From Candidatus Kaiserbacteria bacterium (lineage in GTDB: Bacteria; Patescibacteriota; Minisyncoccia; Phycocordibacterales; UBA2100), in assembly GCA_016204805.1 (NCBI GenBank), contig JACQKA010000044.1, forward strand, positions 1 to 42,346: 42,346 nucleotides of DNA, read 5' to 3'. The notes beneath the pieces are model-generated. The model saw only the letters and a list, made by a program, of their open reading frames with translations. It had not been told where the DNA came from and ran no database searches. Both the position numbers and the translations under genes were made by a program. This document shows positions 6,894 to 15,330 of the stretch, one piece after another (position 1 is the first letter of the stretch; each line of letters opens with the position of its first letter).

Positions 6894-7496
6894 TCAAGCT
6901 CTATTCTTGAGGGCGTTTTTGATGGTGTCGGGGTCGGCGTATTCAAGCTCGGCACCGGTCGAAAGCCCGCGGCCGAGCGAGCTCACGAACACTTGTCCGT
7001 CTTTGATAAGCGGCCTGAGGAGCTCGTGTACACGTGATGAGGTCGTGTCGCCTTCGACATTCGCGGGCAGTGCCAAAATGATTTCGCGCAATTCATTGGA
7101 ACGTTTCTCAATGCATTTCACCAAGTCCGCTTCGCGAATGCGGGGGTTCTTTTCGTTGCCGAGCGCGATCGTGCCGCCGAGGATAAAATACGTGCCGTTG
7201 TATGTGTGCGAACGTTCGATGGCGTCAGCATCTGCGTCCGTTGCGACTATCATAAGAATCGCGCGGTCGCGTGTGGTGCTCGAACAGCGATTGCACAGCG
7301 CGGAGTCACCGTCATGGTATCGACGGCATTCCGAACATTGTTTGACCTGATTACCGAGTGCCGTGATCGAACGCGCGAGCTCCTGCCTGATCGCGGGCGA
7401 GCTACGCAATAGATAGTGCACGAAACGTCCCGCCTGCCGCGGACCGATACCGGGGAATTTTTCAAACAGCGTCGCGAGTCGTTCAATGGCGTCCAT
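6894..7496 (-). CDS. recR: Recombination protein RecR
   Basis: N-terminal FPGIGPRQAGRF helix-hairpin-helix, CxxC...CxxC zinc finger and Toprim region. Confidence 0.9.
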   Translation of the reverse strand: MDAIERLATLFEKFPGIGPRQAGRFVHYLLRSSPAIRQELARSITALGNQVKQCSECRRYHDGDSALCNRCSSTTRDRAILMIVATDADADAIERSHTYNGTYFILGGTIALGNEKNPRIREADLVKCIEKRSNELREIILALPANVEGDTTSSRVHELLRPLIKDGQVFVSSLGRGLSTGAELEYADPDTIKNALKNRA

Positions 7497-7502
7497 TACG
7501 CC

Positions 7503-7511
7503 AGTATATCA
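7503..7511 (-). promoter_or_regulatory. Extended -10 box TGaTATACT, 6 nt before the recR ATG
   Basis: The minus strand reads tgatatact-ggcgta-ATG. Confidence 0.45.
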
Positions 7512-7534
7512 AAGTCCTTTTCAATTCCCTGTGC

Positions 7535-7566
7535 CCAGTAAATAGAGCATATGCGCTATTTACTGG
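7535..7566. promoter_or_regulatory. 32-nt near-perfect palindrome upstream of the recR promoter
   Basis: ccagtaaatag-a-gcatatgc-g-ctatttactgg. 15 of 16 positions are symmetric. Confidence 0.4.
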
Positions 7567-7650
7567 ACAACCATTTTACACACGAAATCAAATCGGAATT
7601 CATTCAGGCGCCGAATCGAAAAGGAAAAACACCCGCGTGTGCGGGTGTCA

Positions 7651-7821
7651 TTACTCATGTTTCGTGACGAACATTCGCTTCAATCCGATGCACGCGATCG
7701 CGATGAGCGCGATGAGCGGATATCCGCTTATGAAGAGCAGAAATACAACGAGTCCTTCCGGCCACAGCATGATGCCGAAGCAAACCACGAAAAACACGCC
7801 AAGCGTTAGGATCGAATCCAT
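7651..7821 (-). CDS. Hypothetical small hydrophobic protein (56 aa, below the ORF-track cutoff)
   Basis: My own translation: MDSILTLGVFFVVCFGIMLWPEGLVVFLLFISGYPLIALIAIACIGLKRMFVTKHE. TGcTATAGT and gggag lie upstream on its strand. A hairpin acacccgc/gcgggtgt plus a T run lies downstream. Confidence 0.4.
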   Translation of the reverse strand: MDSILTLGVFFVVCFGIMLWPEGLVVFLLFISGYPLIALIAIACIGLKRMFVTKHE

Positions 7822-7912
7822 GGAAACACTCCCGGTGAACTGCAGTCACTATAGCACTGCTTCAAAAACAGTGCCGCCCCCTCTCGAAGAGGGGGCGGTT
7901 GCACAGTGTTCA

Positions 7913-8134
7913 TTAACGAGTGCGGCATTCGACCCGATATTTAATGCTTGGTGATCGGACATTCGCGCTCTTAACCCACGCTTCAAGTTGCTGTTTATTT
8001 GAAACACTCCAATCGCCGAAAGCGTCAAGAATCAGATCGCCCCTCCACGCTATGCGACACTCTTCAGTCGTTGTGTGTCGACATCCCGATAAGGCTACGA
8101 TCAGAAGTGTAATCGATATGATCTTAATGTTCAT
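7913..8134 (-). CDS. Small lipoprotein (73 aa)
   Basis: Signal peptide with lipobox MNIKIISITLLIVALSGC. SD gggag upstream. Terminator hairpin gccccctct/agagggggc downstream (7874-7900). Confidence 0.55.
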   Translation of the reverse strand: MNIKIISITLLIVALSGCRHTTTEECRIAWRGDLILDAFGDWSVSNKQQLEAWVKSANVRSPSIKYRVECRTR

Positions 8135-8185
8135 TCTCCCACGCTTCTCTCTTATGTATACGTACGTGCATTCTAAAAAGCAAGG

Positions 8186-9613
8186 CTAATCCAGATCACC
8201 CTCGATCTCGGTCTCAATGCCACCGGCGAGAACGCCCACAGACTCTTCACTGCTGACGCTTTCAAAACGGGTTTGGTCTTCCTTGAAGTGGAGCTTCACC
8301 ATGCCCACGGGGCCGTTACGGTGTTTGGCAATGATGACTTCCACGTTGACGAACTCTTTCTTAAAATCGTTTGAGAAACCGTTATCAACTTCGCCGGCAT
8401 CCTGGTAGCGTTTGTCTTTGTCTTCGCGGTGGATGAACAGCACCACGTCAGCGTCCTGTTCAATGGAACCGGATTCGCGTAGGTCGGATAGCTTGGGTCG
8501 GCCGCCGCGTTTTTCGACTTCACGGGAAAGTTGGGAGAGTGCGAGCACGGGCACGTCGAGTTCGCGCGCCATCGCCTTGAGTCCGCGCGAGATTTCCGTG
8601 ACTTGCTGTACCATCGAATCATTCGTGCGGGTCGATGTCGGCATGGTGAGCTGGAGGTAGTCGATGACAACGAGTCCAAGTCCCTTTTCCGCCTTGAGTC
8701 GCCGCGCGGTCGAACGCATCGCAAGCACCGTGTTGCTCGCCGTGTCGTCTATGTAGATAGGGGCTTCGTCCAAGACGCCGATCGCGTGTTGCAGGTTTTC
8801 GTAATCCCGTTCGGTGAGTCCGCGGCCGGTGCGCAGTTTCCACGCATCGACATACGACGTTGCCGCGAGCATACGTTCGGTCAATTGTTGTGCGCTCATT
8901 TCAAGAGAGAATACACCGACGGGCACTTTGTGTTCGACGGCGGCGCGCCGCGCGATATCGAGCGCAAGCGACGTCTTACCCATGCTAGGTCTAGCGGCGA
9001 GGATGATGAGGTCGGCCTTCTGAAGACCGGCGAGTTTGTTGTCGAGCGTGGGAAAGCCCGTCGGGACGCCGCGAAGTTCGCCTTTGGACTGACTTAATCG
9101 CTCCACGCGTTCCCACGTCTCGCGAAGCTCAGTCCGAAGGTCAGTGAATTTGCGGAGTGTCGAAGTATTTGCGATGCGAAAGACTTTTGATTGCGCGTCA
9201 TTCAAAATTTCTTCGATGTCGCGGTCTTCCTGGAATCCCAACTGTGCGATCTCGTCCGCAACACCTATCAGACTGCGTAGAACGCCCTTTGCCCGAATGA
9301 CGTGCGCGTAGTGCTGCGCAGAGCCGGGCGATACGGTAACGCCGACGAGTTCCGAGAGATATGAATTGCCGCCAACTTTATCGAGCGCCTTCTTTTCTTT
9401 GAGACGAGCGGAGAGGGAAATAAGGTCAACGGGTTCGCCGCGCGCGTAGAGCGAAAGCATCGCATCGTAGATGGTTTTGTGCTTCGCGGCGTAAAACGAA
9501 TCAGCGACAAGAACATCGGCAATTTCATACATCGCGCTCGGGTTCAGCATGATAGCGCCGAGCAACGCTCGTTCGGTATCGAGGTCTTGTGGTGGGATGC
9601 GCACGTCCGTCAT
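8186..9613 (-). CDS. dnaB: Replicative DNA helicase DnaB
   Basis: N-terminal PPQDLDTERALLGAIML, Walker A ARPSMGKTS, DYLQL and SQLSRE motifs. No intein. Confidence 0.95.
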   Translation of the reverse strand: MTDVRIPPQDLDTERALLGAIMLNPSAMYEIADVLVADSFYAAKHKTIYDAMLSLYARGEPVDLISLSARLKEKKALDKVGGNSYLSELVGVTVSPGSAQHYAHVIRAKGVLRSLIGVADEIAQLGFQEDRDIEEILNDAQSKVFRIANTSTLRKFTDLRTELRETWERVERLSQSKGELRGVPTGFPTLDNKLAGLQKADLIILAARPSMGKTSLALDIARRAAVEHKVPVGVFSLEMSAQQLTERMLAATSYVDAWKLRTGRGLTERDYENLQHAIGVLDEAPIYIDDTASNTVLAMRSTARRLKAEKGLGLVVIDYLQLTMPTSTRTNDSMVQQVTEISRGLKAMARELDVPVLALSQLSREVEKRGGRPKLSDLRESGSIEQDADVVLFIHREDKDKRYQDAGEVDNGFSNDFKKEFVNVEVIIAKHRNGPVGMVKLHFKEDQTRFESVSSEESVGVLAGGIETEIEGDLD

Positions 9614-9619
9614 CGCTTT

Positions 9620-9625
9620 ATTCTA
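9620..9625 (-). promoter_or_regulatory. -10 box TAGAAT, 6 nt before the dnaB ATG
   Basis: The minus strand reads tagaat-aaagcg-ATG. Confidence 0.35.
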
Positions 9626-9627
9626 CC

Positions 9628-9656
9628 TGTGAAAAATTCGTGAAGAATTTTTCACA
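9628..9656. promoter_or_regulatory. 12-bp perfect inverted repeat overlapping the dnaB promoter spacer/-35 region
   Basis: tgtgaaaaattc-gtgaa-gaatttttcaca. Confidence 0.45.
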
Positions 9657-9819
9657 CAATGTGTACAGGTGGATGGGTTGGGGAAAACACCTTTGTGTGC
9701 GGCTCTTTTTGTGGGGTAATAGTGTGGCATTTGACAGGCACTTTGCAATCTGCTAAAGATTAGACAATAGAGCGTGTGGTGTCGTAAAGCATGCCCTATA
9801 TAAAAATTTACTAAAAACT

Positions 9820-10839
9820 ATGTCATTTTCTCCTAGGGCGATCACTAAAGACCTGCTTGCTGGTTTGCCGGAGCGGGTGCGGAATATCTTGGTCGGACGC
9901 TATGGATTGGGTAAGTCGGGGGAGCGCCGCACGCTCGAAGCGATCGGCAAAGAATACAACATTACACGCGAACGGGTTCGCCAGATCGAAGGGCACGGGC
10001 TTGCATTGCTCCGTTCGTCCGCTGCATATAAAGCGCACAAAAAAGATATAGATGCACTCGAGCAGATGGTTGCGGGATTGGGCGGTGTCATCGCCGAACA
10101 TACGCTTTTAGAGGCATTGCCGGTGCCCCCGACGGATCGTAGTCACGCATATTTTCTCCTCGTCGTTGGCGAGCCGTTTAAATACCAGAAAGAAGACGAC
10201 AGTTTCGAACGCCGTTGGCACGTTGATGCCGATGCGATGGAAAAAGTACAGACCGCACTCCACGCACTCCACAATGCCGTCGATCCGGACAATCTTATTC
10301 CCGAAGAGGAATTTTTGGAGCAGTTCGGCACATGCCTCACGACAGTAGGTATGAAGAAACAACCGCGCGATGTGCTATCACGCTGGCTCGCGATCTCAAA
10401 ACAACTTGCCCGCAATCCGCTTGGTGAATGGGGCCACGCAGATTCGCCGCACGTGCGTGTCAAGAGCATGCGCGATCTCGCGTATCTGACGCTCAAGCGC
10501 CATGGCTCGCCGATGCATTTCACTGAAGTTGCGAAGGCGATCGAGAAGCTTTTCAAGCGCCCTGCACATCCGGCAACCTGCCACAACGAATTGATCAAAG
10601 ATAGCCGTTTCGTGCTCGTCGGTCGTGGCCTCTACGCGCTCAAGGAATGGGGATATAACCCGGGCGTTGTTAAGGACGTCATCCGTTCGGTGCTCGAACG
10701 CGAGGGCAAGCCGCTTTCACGCGAAGAGATCATCGATCGCGTAAAGCGCGAACGTTACGTCAAAGACGCAACCATCATTGTTAATCTACAGGACGGCACC
10801 TTCCGCCGCACCAGCGACGGCAAGTACGCGCTTAAGTAA
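9820..10839 (+). CDS. DNA-binding protein with N-terminal sigma-70 region 4 and C-terminal HARE-HTH-like domain
   Basis: RNILVGRYGLGKSGERRTLEAIGKEYNITRERVRQIEGHGLALLR matches the region 4.2 pattern. The C-terminal LAYLTLKRHGSPMHFTEVAKAIE...FVLVGRGLYALKEWGY resembles the RNAP delta/HARE-HTH fold. Confidence 0.6.
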   Translation: MSFSPRAITKDLLAGLPERVRNILVGRYGLGKSGERRTLEAIGKEYNITRERVRQIEGHGLALLRSSAAYKAHKKDIDALEQMVAGLGGVIAEHTLLEALPVPPTDRSHAYFLLVVGEPFKYQKEDDSFERRWHVDADAMEKVQTALHALHNAVDPDNLIPEEEFLEQFGTCLTTVGMKKQPRDVLSRWLAISKQLARNPLGEWGHADSPHVRVKSMRDLAYLTLKRHGSPMHFTEVAKAIEKLFKRPAHPATCHNELIKDSRFVLVGRGLYALKEWGYNPGVVKDVIRSVLEREGKPLSREEIIDRVKRERYVKDATIIVNLQDGTFRRTSDGKYALK

Positions 10840-10942
10840 AAATCGCTCCGGAGTACATGTGTTTTGGAGAGCGCTTGCACATATGCTAAGTGTGTGGTAA
10901 GGTATTTTTAGACGAGCAGTGTGACTTTGTGGAGGTTTTGAC

Positions 10943-11179
10943 ATGAGAGGTATCAACAGCCTGTTGCTACTGCTAGTAGCCACAGGAGGTCCCATGGCTT
11001 TCATAGCTTGTTGGAATCCATTGGATCCACTACATTCTGCAGGATTTGCGAACCCGGATTTGTACATCACTACAACTGGGCCCCCGAGCGATTCAATTGA
11101 CCTGAAACATCGCCTCAAGGCGGAATCAACTCCGCCCAGCAACAGAGCTGGGTGCACCGACAAAATCCCGCAAGTGTGA
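10943..11179 (+). CDS. Hypothetical secreted protein or lipoprotein (78 aa)
   Basis: SD ggagg lies 7 nt upstream. Signal-like N-terminus MRGINSLLLLLVATGGPMAFIAC. Confidence 0.4.
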   Translation: MRGINSLLLLLVATGGPMAFIACWNPLDPLHSAGFANPDLYITTTGPPSDSIDLKHRLKAESTPPSNRAGCTDKIPQV

Positions 11180-11202
11180 CGGAAATGAAACAGGAGGAAG
11201 AC

Positions 11203-11577
11203 ATGAGTCATGATAAGGAAGCGGAGCGTGACTTGGCATTTTTCGGGCTGATGTTTCTGTGGTGCGCGATACTGGTAGGTCTATTCTATTGGGTAGCGAC
11301 AAGCCCGACAGGAGGTGGTCTATTCCCACCGCCATACACAATTGAATGGGGTTCGTGGCATCGCGGCGGTATCAACGACACCGAATTGATACAGTCGCGC
11401 ATCAGTAATTCGCTGAAGCCAAAGGGCCTTCAGTGTCTCGTAGGATATCGGCGCGAAAGCGTGGACGAGCTGTGGCAAGTGTCTGTGTGGGGAACGCCCG
11501 CAGAGATGGGCACATACAATGTGAGTCCCGACAACATCGTGCAACAGTCCTGCCTCGCATACGCCAATCAGAAGTAA
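11203..11577 (+). CDS. Hypothetical membrane protein (124 aa)
   Basis: Start chosen at ATG 11203, preceded by aggagg. One TM span (LAFFGLMFLWCAILVGLFYWV). A terminator follows. Confidence 0.45.
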   Translation: MSHDKEAERDLAFFGLMFLWCAILVGLFYWVATSPTGGGLFPPPYTIEWGSWHRGGINDTELIQSRISNSLKPKGLQCLVGYRRESVDELWQVSVWGTPAEMGTYNVSPDNIVQQSCLAYANQK

Positions 11578-11585
11578 AAACTAAG

Positions 11586-11612
11586 AGAGCCGGATTCCTC
11601 CGGCTCTTTTTG
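11586..11612 (+). terminator. Rho-independent terminator
   Basis: Stem agagccgga / tccggctct with loop ttcc, followed by ttttt. Confidence 0.75.
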
Positions 11613-11620
11613 AACAAAAA

Positions 11621-11639
11621 GGCGAAGTCGGACTTCGCC
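11621..11639. repeat. REP-like palindrome ggcgaagtc-g-gacttcgcc (copy 1)
   Basis: Perfect 9-bp arms. Confidence 0.85.
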
Positions 11640-11645
11640 ATTGGG

Positions 11646-12344
11646 TTATTCGAGTGTGAGGAATAACATTTCGTCATCTTTCTTTGACAGATGCGCAATA
11701 CACATATCCCGCGCCTGTTGCTTGAAGTCTTTTGGATCGGTATACATATCCCGCAAAAGACCATGTTCGACGATGGACGAGTTCTCGGCGCACGCGATTG
11801 TCCGTAAGCTCGAGAATTGGTATTCGAGACTGAATTTCCACGCGTCATTAAAATGCTGCACCGCTTGTTTCAGGCCTCGCGGATACAATTCGAAAACATT
11901 TTTCACTAACACATATGCCGTAAGGTAACGTAGATATGCGTCGGTATCTACACGTATGCCTTTGTATCCACCTTGGAATAAACTGCCTGATTCGCTATAT
12001 TTCGCGTTGAAACAGAGACTCATACTCCCTCCGAGTCGTTGCATAAATTTCGCTATTCCGTTTTCCTGCAGTTCCTGCAGAATGAGATGAAAGTGATTCG
12101 GCATGAGGGTCCATGCCAATACGTGTGTAAGCGGTTTTCGTTCGGGCCAGTTTTCAGGACGAGTAAAAGCACCTATGCCCTCAGCTTCTCTGCGCCGATG
12201 CTCGGGCATGTATGCATCGTTTGTATAGAACAGAAGATTTTTGAAGTCGTGGCAATCTGCATCATCCCGGACGATATCCATGCCGCGAGTGCCACGCTTG
12301 ATCACATGCATTATTGAGCCGACACCATGTGGTTGTACACGCAT
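11646..12344 (-). CDS. REP-associated tyrosine transposase (IS200/IS605 Y1 family TnpA-like)
   Basis: HUH motif LMPNHFHLILQE. Downstream Tyr region DAYLRYLTAYVLVKN. Size of 232 aa fits the family. Confidence 0.75.
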   Translation of the reverse strand: MRVQPHGVGSIMHVIKRGTRGMDIVRDDADCHDFKNLLFYTNDAYMPEHRRREAEGIGAFTRPENWPERKPLTHVLAWTLMPNHFHLILQELQENGIAKFMQRLGGSMSLCFNAKYSESGSLFQGGYKGIRVDTDAYLRYLTAYVLVKNVFELYPRGLKQAVQHFNDAWKFSLEYQFSSLRTIACAENSSIVEHGLLRDMYTDPKDFKQQARDMCIAHLSKKDDEMLFLTLE

Positions 12345-12359
12345 TTCTCTAGCATATCA

Positions 12360-12378
12360 GGCGAAGTCGGACTTCGCC
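12360..12378. repeat. REP-like palindrome ggcgaagtc-g-gacttcgcc (copy 2)
   Basis: Identical to copy 1. Confidence 0.85.
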
Positions 12379-12394
12379 ACTTTCCTGGTTATTT

Positions 12395-12748
12395 TTAATG
12401 CAGTGTTTGATCAAGAACGTGCTGTAGTAACGCGGTGACTTGTGCCTCATCGTGCGGGTTACAGGTTTCGTCGCGGTGCGATTCTTGGTAGGAACGGAAC
12501 CGGGCACTGGGGGAATCGGCCGCATCCACTGACCAATCTTTTTTGAAAGCATCGAACGTCATCTTTCGATCGGTGTCCCTTTCGTCGACGTGCTCCGCGA
12601 CCCAGTGCGCCATCGCGGCAACTTGGACATACGGATGATGCAAAGGAAGTGCGGTATCAGGAAGCGCATTCCATCGCGTTTCGCCGCCGAGTGCCTCTTT
12701 CCATAAATCGGCGATGGTAATGCTTGACCGCGCTCCTTCAAGTTGCAT
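12395..12748 (-). CDS. Hypothetical protein (117 aa)
   Basis: ORF only. No family recognised. Divergent from the 12799 gene. Confidence 0.3.
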   Translation of the reverse strand: MQLEGARSSITIADLWKEALGGETRWNALPDTALPLHHPYVQVAAMAHWVAEHVDERDTDRKMTFDAFKKDWSVDAADSPSARFRSYQESHRDETCNPHDEAQVTALLQHVLDQTLH

Positions 12749-12783
12749 TCCCGCATACTAACACGGAATGGGAAGCGGAAATC

Positions 12784-12792
12784 TGCTATCAT
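12784..12792 (+). promoter_or_regulatory. Extended -10 box TGcTATCAT, 6 nt before ATG 12799
   Basis: tgctatcat-attgat-ATG. Confidence 0.4.
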
Positions 12793-12798
12793 ATTGAT

Positions 12799-14115
12799 AT
12801 GGCATTCCTGGAATCGCTCGATGAATTCGGCATTTCAAGCGCGGGATTCGTGTTCGCACTCTCGTTCGGCGTCTTTTTCGGCATCGCGCTCACGTTTCCG
12901 TGGATAGTGGGGCCGGTTATAAGCTGGTTCATCGCGCTCGCGCCGGCATGGCTTCCCATCATCCTCGCCGTCGTATTCTGGCAATTCTGGATTCGATACC
13001 GTCGCGCGGATTTCATCGCGAACCAGGAAACAATGGTTTTGGAAGTGAAGATCCCACGCGACATCGATAAATCGCCGCGCGCGATGGAATTGGTATTTTC
13101 CGGTCTCTATATTGGCTTTGGCGAGACTACGTTCATCGACCGCTGGATCGAAGGCAATGTGCGTCCGTGGTTTTCATTCGAGCTCATGTCTGACGGCGGG
13201 CGCATCCATTTCTATATTTGGACGCGGCGCAGATTCCGTGAAATGGTCGAAACGCAGATATACGCGCAGTATCCGAATGTTGAAATCTATGAAGTGGAAG
13301 ATTACGCGAGCCGCATTCAGTACGACCCCGAGCGCTATGGCGCATGGGGGTGTGATTTCACACTCACCAATAAAGATCCCTACCCCATAAAAACATACAT
13401 TGATTATGAACTCGATCGCGATCCGAAAGAAGAACACAAGATAGACCCTCTCGCGCATCTGTTTGAATTTTTGAGTACGCTCAAACCGGGCGAGCAAGTG
13501 TGGTACCAGATCATGGTACGGACCAACAAGGACCAGCGGCTCAAGAAAGGTGCGTGGTTTGCAAAAGAGAATAGATGGAAGGGTGAAGCAGCTGATGAAA
13601 TTGCAAATATTCAGGAAAAGGCGACCCCGAAGCGGAAAGATAAAGAGGGGATCGAGGTGCCCGGCTTCATGCACCTGACACCGATCCAGACTGATCAGAT
13701 AAAAGCGATCGAGCGGAGCATTAGCAAGCAGGGATACGATACCGGTATTCGCGCCGTCTATATCGCAGAACGCAGTGCCTATCGCGGCGTGAGCGTCGGA
13801 GGTATGACCGGCGTGTTTCGGCAATTCAGCTCCGCAAGCTTTAACGGTCTTCGGGCAACGCGATGGATGATGAAATTTGATTACCCATGGCAGGATTTCA
13901 AGGGCATCATGAAGCGGCGCACACTGAGAAAACTCGTCGACGCGTACCGTCGCCGTTCGTGGTTCCATCCGCCGCACGAGACCAAACACTTCGTGATGAC
14001 CACCGAAGAACTTGCTACCATTTACCACTTTCCCAGCAGGGGCGTGCAGGCCCCCGGCCTCGATCGCATCCCCGCGCGCAAATATGAAGCGCCGCCTAAT
14101 TTACCTACCGTCTAA
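12799..14115 (+). CDS. Conserved hypothetical membrane protein (2 N-terminal TM spans plus a large soluble domain)
   Basis: Start taken at MAFLESLDEF. TM spans are followed by MVLEVKIPRDIDKSPRAMELVFSGL. This N-terminal layout recalls proteins associated with conjugation-type coupling ATPases, but no Walker motif is present. Confidence 0.55.
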   Translation: MAFLESLDEFGISSAGFVFALSFGVFFGIALTFPWIVGPVISWFIALAPAWLPIILAVVFWQFWIRYRRADFIANQETMVLEVKIPRDIDKSPRAMELVFSGLYIGFGETTFIDRWIEGNVRPWFSFELMSDGGRIHFYIWTRRRFREMVETQIYAQYPNVEIYEVEDYASRIQYDPERYGAWGCDFTLTNKDPYPIKTYIDYELDRDPKEEHKIDPLAHLFEFLSTLKPGEQVWYQIMVRTNKDQRLKKGAWFAKENRWKGEAADEIANIQEKATPKRKDKEGIEVPGFMHLTPIQTDQIKAIERSISKQGYDTGIRAVYIAERSAYRGVSVGGMTGVFRQFSSASFNGLRATRWMMKFDYPWQDFKGIMKRRTLRKLVDAYRRRSWFHPPHETKHFVMTTEELATIYHFPSRGVQAPGLDRIPARKYEAPPNLPTV

Positions 14116-14124
14116 CAATGCACC

Positions 14125-15174
14125 ATGGGAGAAGTCATACCAGAGGGAGTCGGTCCCGACATAGAGAAAAAATGGAACGCCTTTCAAAAAGTGCAGGCGG
14201 ATATTTCAAAGCGTTGGCAGAAGCATGCCAATCGCCGCACGGCGGCGATTGTTCTGGCAATCGCTTTACCGTTCGCGGCGCTCTATCTGACACTCTTGCG
14301 TGCGCCGAATGATTTCCCTGCGGGGGATATCATCACGATTGAACGTGATGCGACCGCAAAGGACATCGCTGCACAATTCGATTCACAACACATCATCCGG
14401 TCGAGCCGCACGTTCGAAGTCGTGATACGTCTTTTGGGCGGCGATCGTTCCATCCATGCCGGCGATTACCAGTTCAATCATTCAAGAAATGTTATCCGCA
14501 TCGCGCAGGCGCTTATTGCCGGCGATTTTGGTCTCGAGCCGGTGCGTATCCACATTCCGGCAGGCGCAACGGTGCAGGAAATGGCAACGATATTCGATGC
14601 GAAACTGATTCGCTTCGATCGGCAGGAATTCATCGACAATGCACTGCCCTATGAAGGTTATTTGTACGCCGATACGTATTTCTTTCTGCCAACCGCCAAG
14701 GCCGACGTGGTCATCCGGACGCTCCGCGAAACGTTTGATCAGAAGATCGCCACGATACAGCCGCAGATCGACACGTTCGGAAAGCCGTTACACGATGTCA
14801 TCACCATGGCATCAATGCTCGAGCGCGAAGAAAACAATTACGAAGATCGTCAGAAGATCGCGGGCGTCCTGTGGAAACGCATCGCCATCAACATGCCGCT
14901 CCAGGTGGACGCGACATTCGTCTACATCATCGGCAAGGGTTCGCATCAGCTCACGATGGAAGATCTCGACTACGATTCACCATACAATACATACAAGAAC
15001 AAGGGGTTGCCTCCCGGCCCGATCTCGAATCCCAGTCTCGACGCTATCCGCGCCGCGGTGAACCCGATACCAAGCAATAATCTATTCTATCTGGCGGATA
15101 GGAACGGCACCACGCACTACAGTGCGACGTACGAAGAACACCTACGCAAAAAACGCTACTATCTCGGTTCTTGA
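14125..15174 (+). CDS. mltG: Endolytic murein transglycosylase MltG (YceG-like)
   Basis: N-terminal TM span. ASMLEREE, VYIIGKG, PYNTYKNKGLPPGPISNP and FYLADRNGTTHYSATYEEH are typical of the YceG family. Confidence 0.85.
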   Translation: MGEVIPEGVGPDIEKKWNAFQKVQADISKRWQKHANRRTAAIVLAIALPFAALYLTLLRAPNDFPAGDIITIERDATAKDIAAQFDSQHIIRSSRTFEVVIRLLGGDRSIHAGDYQFNHSRNVIRIAQALIAGDFGLEPVRIHIPAGATVQEMATIFDAKLIRFDRQEFIDNALPYEGYLYADTYFFLPTAKADVVIRTLRETFDQKIATIQPQIDTFGKPLHDVITMASMLEREENNYEDRQKIAGVLWKRIAINMPLQVDATFVYIIGKGSHQLTMEDLDYDSPYNTYKNKGLPPGPISNPSLDAIRAAVNPIPSNNLFYLADRNGTTHYSATYEEHLRKKRYYLGS

Positions 15175-15205
15175 CGAAGGTGAAATGCAGTGATACCTTC
15201 CTGTC

Positions 15206-15283
15206 GAGGGTGAGATCGTCTGCAGCGCTCCATCCGGGGTGGAGTGCGTCGTGAGCCCCCTCATGTTGAACGATCTCACCCTC
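15206..15283. repeat. Long-stem element E6: 14-bp perfect inverted repeat enclosing 50 nt, upstream of mnmA
   Basis: gagggtgagatcgt (15206-15219) pairs with acgatctcaccctc (15270-15283). Inner 8-bp hairpin gcgctcca/tggagtgc with loop tccgggg. Confidence 0.75.
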
Positions 15284-15330
15284 ACCTTCACCGATCTTGT
15301 ATGACCGGTGTTTCTTTTGTAAAAATAAGT

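Larger units (their letters stand above)
11620..12379 (-). mobile_element. RAYT-type unit: Y1 (IS200-like) transposase gene bracketed by two identical REP-like palindromes
   Basis: The 21-nt aggcgaagtcggacttcgcca occurs at 11620-11640 and at 12359-12379, on either side of the ORF. Confidence 0.7.

Noticed and set aside
13174-14028. 284-aa antisense ORF opposite the 12799-14115 gene
   Set aside because: No recognisable motif and no start-site signals. The sense frame has TM spans and a conserved-looking domain.
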